Of a DNA stretch of 64,000 bases, positions 1 to 15,430 are shown piece after piece. The stretch spans positions 80,228,001-80,292,000 of the forward strand of contig OX597827.1 in the NCBI GenBank assembly GCA_951406725.2, read 5' to 3'. The position numbers and the translations under genes are program-made. The first letter of the stretch is position 1. Each line of letters opens with the position of its first letter. This stretch comes from Octopus vulgaris. Taxonomy: Eukaryota. The notes beneath the pieces were generated by a model. It was not told where the DNA came from and ran no database searches. It was given only the letters and a program-made list of their open reading frames with translations.

Positions 1-480
1 AACAAATTAGGTTTGTAAATAGAATAGCTATGGCCAGGACTGAAATTTCCTGTGACCTATTTCTTCAGTATTTCTCTAATGGAAGTGGATACATGCTAAA
101 TGTTAGTAAAAATTTATTCATCATTTTCACTTAAAAAATTAGAAAAATAAATGGAATAGAAAAGTTCCATTCATTTAATTAAAATGTAATTATATATAAT
201 AACGCATAATTGCAAAAGAAACAGTTTTGTTTATTAACATTGTTATTCCTTCTTATTTATTTTTTATATACTTTTGTTATTTTAAAAACAAATATAAATT
301 GTACTTGAAAATGAAAGAAAAACACTACTAGATGCAAGAGCCACGTTTTCAAATGAAAATTTATCATGAAATAGTAAATTTCTTTACTATGTGATGTTTA
401 TATATGCTTAGATGTAATTATGCATTTATGATATCAGGCTGTTTTACATATCTCCCATGGTTTCATTACTGTTCAGTGCT

Positions 481-572
481 TGTGTGTGTGTGCATGCATG
501 TATACATACATACATATATATATGTATGTATATATACATATATGTATGTATATATGTATATATATATATATG

Positions 573-654
<82 letters not shown>

Positions 655-862
655 TATTACATATACATACTCATATATATGTATACATGCATACATATAA
701 TATACATACTCACACACACACACATACTTACATACATGCATAGATTCACATACATGCATATACACAAACATATATATAGATATAAATACATATATGGATA
801 CACACACACACACACATACCTATCTATTTGTATGTGTGTGTGTGTATGCATGTATATAGTGT
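481..862. repeat. Compound microsatellite (TA/TATG/TAGA/CA)
   Basis: Direct inspection. Confidence 0.97.
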
Positions 863-1087
863 ATATAAGGTATATTATATGGTAGAAACATCGGGTGCCA
901 GGAAAAATTTTACAGTAACTTTTCCATCTCATGTTTTGAGTTCAAATTTTGCTGTGGTCAATTTTGCCTTTTTATCTTTTCAGGGTGAATGAAATAAGAA
1001 TCAGTTGAGCATTGGTGTTGGTGTAGTTGAACAGCTCCCTACCCCAAAATTTCAGGCCTTGTGTCTACAGAAGAAAGAATTATCATT

Positions 1088-2110
1088 GACTCTGCCTTAG
1101 TGAAGGCGGGGGTATTGTTTTCAGTGTTGCTTGTTTGTTTGTTTGTCCGTGGACAAGATATCTCAAGAACCACTGGATGGATTCTGATGAAACTCTCAGG
1201 GATGTTTGGCCTCACGACTGGCACAAACTGATTAGATTTTGGGATCAATCCAGTACCAGACAAGGATTCTGGATTATTTGTTATATCTTTATATATAAAA
1301 CTGTAGTTGTGTGGTGTCTGTCTCCTACGATTTAGATTCCTAACTACTCCCACATTTTGCGGTGCAGTTTAACCAAAACCGGGTATCTTATAGTCGTGAT
1401 TCATATCGAGCCCTTTTGGGTATTAGCGCGCATCTACGATGAGTCTACGATTTAAAAGAAAATTTACCATCAATTTTTCCCATTTTTAATGCATTTTTGG
1501 CATATATAAGGGAAGTAACTCTCTAAAAATGTATTATTAAATCTCAGAATGTAAAAAGCCACAGTAACCCCCCATCCTTTGTGGTTAGCCATATTGAGAT
1601 GGCTATTATACTTTACATCTCTAAAAATGCTTATATAGTTATTTCCCTTACAAACCTGAGCAACGCCAGGCGATACTGCTAGTTTACTATACATGATTAT
1701 GATCTCACACTCACTTTCAATTCTTTCTCAATTATATTCCTTTAGGATGTTTCCAAAGTTGTATTTTCGTTTCTCTATTATTGATTTTACTCACATCTCT
1801 ATCTTAGTAGAAACTGATGGATTAAGAAATTTGGCTTTTATTAGATAAGAATAAACCATTTATGACTGTGACTAAATTTTCTACACCCACCTTCACATTC
1901 CATGACTACCATTGTGATCGATCAGGTACTGGACGACGATTCGGGATTATTTCTCCATTTTTTTTTTTACTTAATTTTTAATATTCTCATTTGTGAGAGC
2001 AGCCGAGTTTATTTCGGATATTCTCATTTTAAAAATCATCTCTGGTTAATCGTTGAGAGGACATTGGTGTTGCCTTGGCAGAGGTTTACGCTCTCTGAGT
2101 GCTCTTGTTA
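1088..2110 (+). mobile_element. Fragmented Helentron/DINE-like non-autonomous element (halves about 1088-1285 and 1915-2110)
   Basis: 5' inverted motif ctctgcctt..aaggcggg, (GTTT)n, and 3' ggcagagg plus terminal stem-loop gctctctgagtgc. Confidence 0.55.
1286..1682 (+). mobile_element. Non-autonomous Helitron, copy 1
   Basis: 5' TC, 3' CTAG, subterminal GC-rich hairpin, inserted between A and T, no TSD; homologous copies at 21494 and 57100. Confidence 0.85.
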
Positions 2111-2177
2111 TTATTATTATAGGAAAGCTCACAGCTTATTTTGCTGGGTACAGCCAGCAGACTAAGGTGACACTTGT

Positions 2178-2358
2178 TTACTGGTCATGCTTCAAGAACC
2201 CTGTTCCAAGCAATGTGCATTTTTGTAGGTGTTCTACCTTCACATTTGCACCAATCTTTTTCAGCCATTTTGGTAGTTCAGTGCTGATGTTTCCAAGTGC
2301 ATCATCTACTCTTCTCATTGACCACAACCTTTGTATCTCCCACTTCAAATCGTCATAG
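2178..2358 (-). mobile_element. R4/R2-group (RLE) LINE 3' fragment
   Basis: YDDLKWEIQRLW...ALG...LQKCTLLGT, similar to the fragment at 7180-7450. Confidence 0.65.
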
Positions 2359-2555
<197 letters not shown>

Positions 2556-3509
2556 TGAGTGAGAGAGTAGTGCATGCCATCAAAGTGACACTGGGGCACA
2601 AATATTTGAAGCCCATCATGACTACCCATTTGATAAGGATACACCAGGCACATGCATCACAACCATATGTGCGCGACATGGTGATCCCATATCAAGATAA
2701 ACAGTGCATGACCTTGCAGGTGGGGCCCAGTTAGAATTTTCTTCAGGTCGAGTAGCCCATCCCACTCAAAAGATCCCTGAATAAGGTTTGTTTAAGGATG
2801 ATGAATGAAGCACCCTTATTTCAAGAAGTGAATTATTCAAACCCCAAAGAATTCCTCTCAACACATGGCTATGATGCTCTTCCACTACTTCTGCTCGTGA
2901 TCAGAGATGCACATATCATCAGCCACTAAGGGACATGCTCAACTGATTAAGATCAAGCAACTGACAAGCAAATCTGTGGTTTTTATTATTATTCAACATT
3001 TGATAGTTTCAGGCAAATTTCTACTGCATCAGCACCTGCTACACCTCTGTGTTGCTGCTGTGTGCAGTATTGTGTTCTGTTTAGTTGTTGGGAGTGTGTA
3101 AACTCTTTCTTATATTGTATAGTGTCAGTTTCTTTCTTTTATGGGATGTGGTGCAGATTTTTTGTAGGAACAGTGTTTTTATTGAGTGTTGTGTGTGTAT
3201 TGCATTGGGTATCTAGCCTGTTGATGGTAGTTTATTTTATTGGACATTTGCTGTATAGAGTGTGTCTTGTGCTTGTGGATTGTTTTGTTTAGGTTGTATT
3301 ATTGAATTGATAGTGTCTTACATAGGATATGGGCTGTTCATAATAGGGCTATTTTTGGGATAATGTGTAGTGTTGAGGATCCAGGTACAGCTTCTACATT
3401 TTTGTTCATATGCATTTTTATCATATCCCATGCTCCAATTATTATTGGTATTGTTTACACCTTCATGCTCCACATCTTGAATACTTCAATTTTGAGGTCT
3501 TTGTACTTT

Positions 3510-5216
3510 GACAATCATAACATTTCAGTTATAATTCTTGATGGATTTGGTCTGACTCATGTTTTTGCACAACGAACAGGGCTTATCTCTCTTATGGGTG
3601 GTTTTGTGGGTGCAGCATTCAGAAATCCAATAGAATTTTTATTAGAGGTACTGGTCAATATTTCTCTAATATTTCTATTATGTCTAAAGGCTACAATAGG
3701 CAGAAGAGGAAATATTTGTCAGAAATGAAGATATTTTTCTGAAATATGTTGGTAAATGTCACGATTAAACTTCTTATTAAAATCTACCTGTAGATCCAAA
3801 CCCCCATTACAGAGAACTTGATAAAATAATTTTTGAAATGGAGGAAAACAATTTCATAAATGACATAAAATCTAAGCTATTATGTTCAGAAAGAAGAACA
3901 ACTGTATTTATGGTCTTCCAAAAATAAAAAAATTTTTTGAAAAATTTCCTCCATTGCACCCAATTTGCAGTGGGTATGAATGTTGCACAGCTAAAATTTT
4001 GGAATGCTGGATGGTTTCCTGCTTGCAGTAGCTAAAAGATCAAGTTCCTACATTCGGGATACTTTTGATTTTGTTTCCAAATTGAACAAATTTTCTAAAC
4101 ACCAAAGTATTGTTAAAGACTTTTTTTTTGGCAACTAGGGATGTTCTTCCTTATACCCTAACATCGATCATGATGACAGGGTGGAAGCATGTATGAAAGT
4201 CTTTGGAAAGTGGTCAAAGAAAGTATTCCCTCAAAGTTTCCCTGTAACTTATTAAAATTTGTGTTATAAAGTAACACTATGAAGTTTGGAGAAAAATTTT
4301 TCCATCAGATCAAGGGATGCACCATGGGTACCCCTATGGCAGTTAATTTCACAAAAGTCTTCATGACAAAATTTTAAATTCAATGAATGGAGACAGTCAA
4401 ATCCCTGCATGGTCATGAACCTATGCTCTGGTTACAGTTCATTGACGACATCTTTTTTGTCTGGAAGACTAAATCGCAGAAGACTAAATCCGAAATAAAA
4501 TTCCCGTTGAGCTTTTCAAAAACTAGCGTTGAAATTTTGGACACAAAATTCAAGTTTTTGGAAGGCCGAATAGTCACAGAATTATTTTACAAACCCATGT
4601 CATCCCATATTCATTTCCACCACTGCTCTGATCACCCACATCATACAATCAGATCAAATCCAAAGTCCCAGTTTTTGAGAATAAGATGTATTTGCACAGA
4701 CATTGGGGATTATTGGAAACATGCAAATAGTTTTGTAAAGTGCAGTTCTAATGAATCAAGATTAAAGGGAATCACAAATGACAGAGCTGAGATTAGTAGG
4801 GATAATCAAACTTTCATGTCTAGTTTGAGCAGTCAGAAAAGAGCTTATCACTGAATTACTTTAGGGATTAAGTGGCACTGAAGTTTTGCTGGCATTTCAA
4901 AAGCATTGCATGACAGCACCACCATTTTTCAGAAAATATTTCCAACAAATATTTCCTCTTCCACCTATTGTAGCCTTTAGCTATAATAGAAATATTATAG
5001 AAATATTGACCAGTACCTCTAACAAAAACTCCATTGGATTTCTGGACGCTGCACCCCAAAAAACGCCCATAAGAGAGGTAAGCCGTTTGTTGTGCCATAA
5101 CATGAGTCAGACTAATTCCATCAAAAATTATGACAGAAATATTATGATTTACACAGGAGGGACCTGTAAGGATTCCCATTTGGTGTATGCAGCGGAATGC
5201 ACCAAACACAAAATGA

Positions 5217-5218
<2 letters not shown>
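3510..5218 (+). mobile_element. Decayed Penelope-like retroelement (RT plus start of GIY-YIG region) with a 5' inverted segment
   Basis: Motifs LYPNIDH, GCTMGTPMAV, LQFIDDIFFVW, HHCSDHPHH, SQFLRIR, TCKDSHLVYAAEC. 3510-3745 is a diverged reverse-complement copy of 4925-5150. Confidence 0.85.
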
Positions 5219-6042
<824 letters not shown>

Positions 6043-6205
6043 CTATGTTTGACTTTTGCTTTATATTTGTACAAGTTGGCTCCAAGTCTCACCCAGAGAC
6101 CTCAAGAGACAACAGGGTTGGAAGTTCATGTTGTTGTTATGCCTAGTGTGCCATATATTTGGGGGGTGGGGATGTTGCACTAATGAATGTCTAAAAAGAA
6201 AAAAA

Positions 6206-6243
<38 letters not shown>

Positions 6244-6275
6244 CCCGAAAATTATGTTTGTTTTAAACCTTGAGA

Positions 6276-6928
6276 TTACATAGAGAGTATTTTGCGTAGG
6301 ATATGAGCAGTTCCCATGAGCACTATCTTTTGAACTTCTGCCATTTTTGGGTTTCCTGGTATCTGAGTTAGGTAGCTATCAGCCCCTTTTGCTATCATTC
6401 CCAGGGCACCTATGACAACAGGTATTGTTTTAGTCTTCAGCTTCCACATTTTGCTGATTTCTATTTCAAGATCTTTATATTTGCTCAGTTTTTGGTAGGT
6501 CTTGACAGATACGTTTATATCGATTGGGACAGTCATATCAATGAGGAGGCATGTTCTTTGTTTGAAGTTTTTCAATATGATGTCTGGCCTATTTGCATCT
6601 ATCTTCCTGTCAGTTTGAATGGTGAAGTTCCAGAGGAGTGAGATGTGGTCATTTTCAAGCACTGGGGGTGGTTTGTGTTCCCACCAGTTTTTTTCATGGG
6701 GCAAATCCAGGTTTTTACAGATTACCCAGTGAATATATTGTGCAGCTCTATCGTGCCTGTTGAGATACTCTGTAGGCGCTAGAAGACTGCACTTGGAGAC
6801 CACATGGTCAATGGTTTCATTTTGTTGCTTGCATACACGACACGTTGGACTGCTTCTGATCTTTAATATGTTGGCCTGGTAGTTTCTTGTTGGTAGGCAT
6901 TGATCTTGAGCTGCTATGATAAACCCCT
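6276..6928 (-). mobile_element. R4/Dong-like LINE C-terminus (CCHC finger plus RLE endonuclease)
   Basis: CRVC..ETIDHVVSKC..LA..EYLNRHD, LLWNF.IQTD, NRPDI, LIDM, KYKDL, PVVIGALG. Confidence 0.9.
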
Positions 6929-7179
6929 GTGGTGAGCTAGCAGAACTGTTAGCATAGTGGGTGAAATGCTTAGCAGTATTTCATTCATCTTTATGTTCTG
7001 ATATCAAATTCCACTGAGCTCAACTTTACCCTTTCATCCTTTCAGGGTTCATAAAATGAGGACCAGTTGAGTAATGGGATCGATGTAATCAACTTACTCC
7101 TCCCCCAAATTTCAGCCTGTTTTTGCTGGCTGTGATGGAAAGTGTCTGCTGGCCATGGCCACCAGACTGAGGTGGTATT

Positions 7180-7450
7180 TGTCTTTTGATCATGCTTCAA
7201 GAATCCTGTGGAGAACTCGTACAGTCCTAAGCAATGAGGATTTTTATAGGTGTTGTATCTTTATATTTGTACCAATTCCTTTGAGTAATGTTGGTAGTTC
7301 AGTGCTGATACGTCCAAGCACACCAATTACTATTGGTATCCTGTCCACTCTCTTCTTTGCCCGCATCCTGCATATTTCCCACTTCAAATTGTCATAGTTG
7401 TTCATTTTATCTTCTTCTTTCTCTTTGATCCCATCTTGTTTTGAAGTGAA
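7180..7450 (-). mobile_element. R4-like RLE LINE fragment
   Basis: KEKEEDKMNNYDNLKWEI...IPIVIGVLG. Confidence 0.65.
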
Positions 7451-9336
7451 CTTCTGAACCACAGCAATTTTCAAGTTGGAAAAATTATCAAATAGCTACT
7501 GTAACCTTACAGTCAGTGTTACTTGTTAATTACATAATGTTGACTTTTTCTTAATTTTTCTCTTGATTTGAACTATTTCATCTACCCTTTCACCAAATTA
7601 TGTCCACATTATGAAGAAAAGATCAAATATAATACATTTTAAGACCTTTTATCACTAAAAATATTGATTGAATTTCCTCTCCTTAAATGTTAGCTGAAAG
7701 AATAATGTTGTCATTCCATCTTGATGTATAAGTGACATGATAAAGAAAATAAAGAAGTATTGCTCATATTTTTATATTTAATTATTATTCTTTTTGCTTA
7801 ATTACAGTTCAGCTGTCTTCTAGCTGTATTCTCAAAGATATACCTATCATGGCAGTTATGTTACTGGCATACATTATCCAACATTCCATTCCTTTTCATT
7901 TGAGGGTGACTTGACTGCTATTTTTAACACATTCAGGAACCATTTACAGGTTCTCTTTTGTTGACTCGTTCATTAAATCATTACTTAAAAAGTAACACGA
8001 ATATTTAATAATAGTTTAAGTATTATAACCTTACATCTACTGAACTTTATAAGAATATTATGTTGAAGAAAGTTTAATACACAAATTATTGTGATCCCTC
8101 GCTACTTTGCGGTTCAACTATCACGGATTCACGACTTCACAGATTTTTAAAATATATACGAAATTTTTCACTAAATCCATTAAAATATTAATAATAAATA
8201 GTATTTCCTAGTCTAGGAACAACAAAACAAGCGTAAAATATCAAAACAGCATATACAGGGTTATTTGAACTTAAGACGGGCTGTGATTGGTGCAATGGAG
8301 AAAGACGATGAAACACAGCTTTCTGTATTGTAATCTGGCCTGTGATTGGTGCTTTGACCGATGCTCAGATCCGTAGCATCTTCACTTGTCTCTCTCTCGT
8401 GGCCATTTCACTTCAAGCTTTCTCGCTGAGTGGTTTACTGTACTACTTTATGCTGTTCTGTGTGTGTTTGTGTCCTCGCAACTTAGTGGTTCGGCAAAAG
8501 TGACTGATAGAATAAGTACTAGGCTTACAAAGAATAAGTCCTGGGTTCAATTTGCTTGACTAAAGGCAGTGCTCCAGCATGGCCGCAGTCAAATGACTGA
8601 AACAATTAAAAGAGTAAAAGAGTATACACACACATACACACAAGTGTGTGTGTATGCTTGTGTATATATGTATGCAAAGAGAAAGAGAAAGAAAGAGACA
8701 GAGACAGAGACAAAGACAGAGAGAGAAAGACAGAGAAATGTTGGGGAAAAAACAGAAATGTATATAAGATCTGTATTGTAAAATCCTCTGTGGCTATCAA
8801 TATTCCGTTGCTATGAGTGTGAGAGTAATTTCATGTCAATGAAGTGTGTTACATGAGTCAGTAAGAACTAGCAATTCCATTCAAACTCCTCTCTGAACAT
8901 TTGATGCTATTAGTGCAGGTGTGTAGGGGAAGGTGTTGGAGGATGTATTTCCACTTCATTGGCAGATATTTCAGTCTGATGATACAACAATTTCTTTTAT
9001 AAAAAAAAATAATAATTTACAGTTTTGAATACAAATTATATTATAGATAGTTATACTATTATTATAAAATCATTACATGTGTATTCTTCATATATATATA
9101 TATATATATATAAAGTTTTATTGATCTTTAATGCAACAGAAAATGACAAACCGTTCCATGCTTTGCTTGGTATTTATTATTTTATCATTATTGTATATGT
9201 TCATATATATTATTGCTATATTTGATAGTTTCATAGTTATGATTTGATAGTTAAAACAATATTAGATTATTAATAAAATCATTAGATGTAAATAACAATT
9301 ATATCATAATATACAGTGTGTATGACCTAGTTTGTG

Positions 9337-9618
9337 GAGGTGCAATAGCCCAGTGGTTAGGGCAGCAGACTCACGGTCGTAGGATCGCAGTTTCAATTCC
9401 CAGATTGGTCATTGTGAGTGTTTATTGAGCAAAAACACCTAAAGCTCCACGAGGCTCTGGCAGGGGGTGATGGCGAACCCTGCTGTACTCTCTCACTCTT
9501 TCTTCCTGTTTCTGTTGTACCTGTATTTCAAAGGGCCAGCCTTGTCACACTGAATCTCCCTGAGAACTACATTAAGGGTACATGTTTCTGTGGAGTGCTC
9601 AGCCACTTGCACGGTAAT
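9337..9618 (+). mobile_element. tRNA-derived SINE, family A
   Basis: Pol III A/B-box head (tagcccagtggttag ... gtttcaattccc); homologous to 18672-19045. Confidence 0.85.
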
Positions 9619-9857
9619 AAATGAGCTAGTACTTATTTTAAGTACTTGCTCAAATATATACACACAGAAATTAATTGAAATGCTATCTTCAAGTCTTCAT
9701 AAAATATGTTTATATACTTCCTTGGTCTTTTAGAGAATATCAAAGCATTTATATAAAATTTAACACAATTTTATTCTATCACAAACTTCAATTTAATGTA
9801 AAATAGAGGCTATAGAATTGTTATAGGGTGACTGCATTAAACTAGGTCATATTGTGA

Positions 9858-10165
9858 CACCCTTCGGTCATGAATGATCATGGGATTGCACCTAGAAAGT
9901 TACCCTCCCAGGCACAGGTCCGAGCAAGATTGTTTATGGAAGACCAGCAGTCGGCCATGCATACCGGCCTCCCCTCTCCATGCCACCAGCATTATCTAAG
10001 GCAAAGGCCGATACAGCTTGGCACCTGTGACGTCACAATTCATTTCTACAGCTGAGTGAACTGGAGCAACATGAAATAAAGTGTCTTGCTCAAGAACACA
10101 ACATGCAGCCCAGTCCAAGATTCGAGCTCACAACCTCACAATCGTAAGCTTGATGCTCTAACCCT
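9858..10165 (-). mobile_element. tRNA-derived SINE, family B
   Basis: tRNA head plus ttgagcaagacacttt central domain; homologous to 53581-53912 and 46380-46645. Confidence 0.85.
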
Positions 10166-10186
10166 AACCCTAAAAATTGTATTAGT

Positions 10187-10313
10187 AATGATGATGATGA
10201 TGATGATGATGGTGATGGTGATGGTGGTGATGGTGGTGATGGTGATGATGGTGATGATGATGATGATGATGATGAGGATGATGAGGATGATGATGATGAT
10301 GATGATGATGATG
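10187..10313. repeat. (ATG/GTG/AGG)n microsatellite
   Basis: Direct inspection. Confidence 0.97.
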
Positions 10314-11776
10314 CCATCACTGTTAATCTCCATAGAGGTTACATATCTATAATAGTTATCTATACAAACTTATGAACTCAAAAAATGCAGAACCAAAACA
10401 GATACCTCAGATAATCTCATACTTCCACAATATTACCAATCCACCACCCTGGATGGGCCACTACTTTATTTGTCAACCCTGATAGGATGAATGACAGAGT
10501 TGTTCTTAGTAAGATTTGAACTCATCTTCTACTTTGAGTCTTTGTACTTCCTCAAGGCAACCAGATGAAGTGTGATAGAGCAGGAACCACTAGATACAAC
10601 ATTTATTATTACACAACATTAATCGTTTTCTCCTGACTTGGTGGCTAAATGACTAATTCAATGATCAAATGGCCTCTTTTTCTGATAGTATTTGCATCAG
10701 AGCATTAACTCAGCAGAGCTATTTCCCCCATATCTTACTTTTCTATTTTCATTTCCTAATCTCTCATATTTAATGATACATGCTCTTATGTACATGACAT
10801 GCCAGCCATCTTCTACTTTTCATACATGCATTCCATGTTAATTCAAAACTGTTCATCAATACAGATCAGCAAGATCTGAAGGTTGGCAGAGGTCTTTGAA
10901 AACATCTCTGCTTCATTTTGCTTTCTGTGCCACTTCAGTGTCATCTTTACTTCATGCCATTGAATGTGATGGACTTTTTACATGAATCATCTTCCGTCAT
11001 ATTCTTGTGAGAATCTTTGCTTGTCAATGTTTTCCCTCCATTAATTAATCTTCAATAATTAAAACTAATTACAAATTAAACAACAGTAATAAACAAAAAA
11101 AGATCAGTAAATATTAACTGCCCTAAACAGCAATCTAGAAAACCCAATCAAAAGAGTTATGAACATCAACACTTCTCTCTAAACTCAGATAAAGATAAAA
11201 ATTTCAGCTTCTACATTGCTGCATGACCTGTTAGAAATACAGCTACTCTCAAATTACACCTCACCATCTTAGAACAAAACATAGTGCAAGCTGGATTCCC
11301 TGCACATAAAAAAAGGGAGATGGTCATGTTTTCAATGTTTTTCGTCATAATAAGGGATAACTTGGGGTTAGATGCTAGACGATAACTGCAACAACAACAA
11401 TGACAACCACAAATATACACAAATTTTCCTCTCTAAAAATACATCAGTTACTTATTTCTTATTATCACATGAATTAGTTTTTATGATTTAAAACTTTTTT
11501 GTACACAACAGATACCATCTTTAAATAGGCCGTGAGACAAACTTTTAAAACAAAGAGGATTTAATTCATATATCAGAAATGTTAGAGAAAATCTAGGTTT
11601 TTAATAGTCATAATGTTTTTATATTCAATTAACTTTCAGATTGCAATATCATTACAAGATTGACCAGAAAATGTCATATAAGTCTCATTTCTGTACTTAA
11701 TATATACATTAATAATATTAATAAGTTATTTAATAACAATTCATTTTCCTAATAGAAAATTTAGTATTGATATGTC

Positions 11777-11827
<51 letters not shown>

Positions 11828-13629
11828 ATGTGAGTGTGTGTGTGTCTATATGTGTAATTATCTAAATTACTTTTATCCATTTACAGAAGTAGAACTATTT
11901 TTATAATGCAAGAAAAATAAAAATAAATTGCAGATGATGTGAGCAAAGGATGTTTATTGAAATGCATGTCGATAATTACTGTAAGAAAACAGATCTACAG
12001 TGACTGGAATTAACAGCGAAACCTCCGTGGCCGTCATTGCTGAAAAGGTCTTGTTACTGTTTAGCCCCAGGCCAATCTTCATCAAGTTAACCAGTGATCC
12101 AAACGTTTCCATCTATGACCAACCCAACTAAAAATATTTTAGACTACATTATTCTGGTGAGTTTTACTATTTTAAAACTAGTAGAAGAATTTTGCTGTTA
12201 TGTCTAGCATGTCGAACTACTTGTGTAGAGAGATATTGGTCGGTACACTATTGACAACTGGGTCCAATTCGAATCAATACCCGTTTTAATATGAACAAGG
12301 GAAATCACTCTAAAATCATCTTAGCCTTGCTAGTCGAAGGGACATCACTCTAATTCAAAAGAGCTTAAAATTATGCAAGGGAATTAACTCTAAAAGTTTC
12401 ACTAATCTAGAACCGACAGTTAGTACTGCGCAGATGGCAATCACTTCCGCCTTTTTTTAAATGGATCGGTCAAATGTGGAAGGTCAACATTCAGTTGGAG
12501 GATACTTTCCTTCCTCCCTTCAACTCGTTTTGAAGAATCTCTAACGGCCGATGAGCACTGCTTTCCATTCTTGAATATAAGATAAAAAATATTAGGGCTT
12601 GGGTAAGATTTCGAAGTGATGTGGGTAATAGGAGGAATATTTGTGTTGACTGTTTGTAGGGCCCTTGTAAGGCAAGTGTAGAATGATAAAAGGTGGTCAA
12701 GAAGGAAGCAGGTTTAGGAAGCACTTTTGTATAAAAGTAAATATTGCATCTACTTGGAAGCATCGATCCAAATGACATTGCCGTTCTTTGAAATTGCTAA
12801 TTGTTCTTTCAATTTAACTTCTGTAATCGATTGCCAATATTAGCACAAATCGATATTCCTTGTATAATGGGTGAAGGAAAGTTGATTAAATCGATCCCGA
12901 TACTTCACTGGTACTTCATCTAAGCGACTACAGAACAATGGAAAAATAAAATTAACCTTTGTGAGATTTGAACTCACTTTAATGAGCTGTAACTAAATAT
13001 CATTTTGTTGAGGAATTTTATCCAATGCTCTAGTGAGTTTAACTTCTCTGTAATAATGATTGAATAGTTCTTGTACTTTTGTATCATTTGAAAACTGTTC
13101 GAATTTTGCATAGTTGTTCGTCCTAATGGAAAGAGCAGAAAAATTCTCCTCAAATCACATCCAACTGATGAACTGCTAATTACATTTCATCTATTTATAT
13201 TCTTTACCCAACTTTATCGTATGCTAAAATTGTTAAATGAATATTTGGTTTTGCTTTCAAACCTATGTATTCTTCACTCTCACATAGTGAAATAGCGAAC
13301 ATGTCTATCCATGTTGTTGCTTACAATCCTGTTTGTCCTCTTGCTGTAATTAAATTCAAACTGCTGTATAAATATGCATTTTTTGTCATTTATCCATTTC
13401 TTGGGTGATCATGAGTTTTCTTGAAACATGACAAATTACACATGCATTTTTTTTTAATTTGAAATTTATGTCAACCAAATATGTATTAAATATCTTTAGA
13501 GAAACTTAAATTATTTAGGAAATATAATTTAAAGAGATGATTTTAACATTTTTTGAATGTGCATATTTAACTGCCTATCTCTCCATCGATCCATTCATTT
13601 ATGCTTTCATATGTATGCATGCATGCATG

Positions 13630-14337
13630 TATGGTCATTGTTTAGTTTTATTTCAAGATTTCTTGCCAGCAGAGAAAGAGCCAGTTTCTAACCTAGATCC
13701 AAGTCTCCTTCATTGGAATTTCAACATCAACAACAGGGTATTTTTTTTATATATGTGCAAATTTTTATGTTTTGTTTTATGTACATCTTCTCATGCAAAT
13801 AGTTACATATCTAGACATGCTCATATATATTTAAATGATAAACTTCTGGAAAATTTTACAGATTTTTACGGTTCCAGTGATGGATTGAACCTGTAGTCTT
13901 CGAATTAGCTTACTCCTTTCTGATTTTGAGAAGCCTATCTGTACGAGTGTGTTCTCAGCCTCTTTTTAATTTGATTTCAAATTTAGTGCAAGGCCAGCAA
14001 TTTCGAGGGAGAGTGCCAATCAATTACATTGACCCCAGTGCTCAATTGGTCAAGTATTTTGCCCAGCATCCTAACGATTCTGTCTGCTCAGTACCTTATT
14101 TCTCTTTTTAATTTAGAATAAATTTTGACTGGCCAACTGGTTGACAGCAAGGTTGTGAAGGACCGCATATTGTTTTGTTCATCATCCTTTAATTCTTAAA
14201 GTCTTGCAGATTTTCATTACCCCAAATATTGCAATTATTTGTAATGTATGGATTAAGAATTTGTGTTCTCTCTCCAAGAACACAAGTTCGGCCATACTTT
14301 GCTCTATATGGGATGATATGTATCCTGTTGCCCCCAA

Positions 14338-14375
<38 letters not shown>

Positions 14376-15430
14376 TAACAATAATAATAGGCATGAAGAT
14401 GAAAGTGGATCTTAAGCACTGGACTTGAAAACTCCTTATCAATAGTCCATAGATGTCTGCTTTCTTTTGTAGATTTCTAACCCCATTGGTGCCCAGTGGG
14501 CAGCTGATTTCCACAACAGATCCAACCGTTTTTTTGTGGTCCAAAACATCAATATCTGGTCAGTTATATTTTTTTGTTGGTGGCTGTTTTAAACTTTAAG
14601 TACTCTTTCGTATATTCTGGCTTTAGTCACAGCACCAACATAAACAAGTCTCATAGATCCTGAGGTACTTGTAACTTCCATCGTTAGAGATAGGGAAGAT
14701 AGACAAGCCGTTCATGTACATGTTCTCTACCTCATCAACAATCTTTCCTCAGTTGTATGTATGTATGTATGTATGTATGTATGTATGTATGTATGTATGT
14801 ATGTATGTATGATGTCATTATTCAGTTTTATTTCAAGATTTCTTTTCAATAGAGAAAGAGCTGGTTTCTAGCCTAGACCCAAGTCTCTTTCATTGGAATT
14901 TCAATATCAACAACAGGATATGTATGTATGTATGCAGATTTGTACGTTTTGTTTTATGTATGTATTCTCATGCATATACTTGCATATCTAGACATGCACA
15001 TATATAAACTTATATGATAAACTTCTGGAAGGTTTCACAGATTTTTATAGTTCCAATGATGGATTTAATCTATAGTCTTTGAATCAGCTTTCTCCTTTCT
15101 AGTTTTGAGAAGCCTAATTTCTCAAGATTGGTATTTAGGCAGTGTTACATATCCCAGTGTCCCAATAATTACAGGTATAAACCTGAACTTGTAATCTGGA
15201 CAGAGTAACTGCAGATTCCTCAACAGTTCAGCATAGGTGTTCTCTTTTTCATTGATCTTCAGTTTCATGTTAACATCCCCTGAGCAGCTAATTTCCACAA
15301 CTGTACACAGTTTCTCTTCTCTATCCCAAATCATTATATCAGGTCTGTTTTGCTTACATTTTATTGAGGTTTTCACTGGGACATTCCACCAGTACTTGTT
15401 TTTATTACGAGTGGTTATGGCTTCCACCAT
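13630..15430 (-). mobile_element. Cluster of RLE-LINE 3' fragments with shared 3'UTR and (TATG)n tails
   Basis: NRPDIMIWD..VVEISC..KENTYAELLRNL..IPVIIG.LG (15122-15430) and a related piece at 14182-14560. The same 3'UTR occurs at 13630-13940, 14810-15120 and 18200-18480. Confidence 0.75.

Noticed and set aside
11470-11990. Extra minus-strand terminal exon (acceptor ttttcttacag at 11979) and a short motif shared with 23935-23960
   Set aside because: No convincing reading frame, and the shared motif is too short to distinguish from chance or an old repeat.
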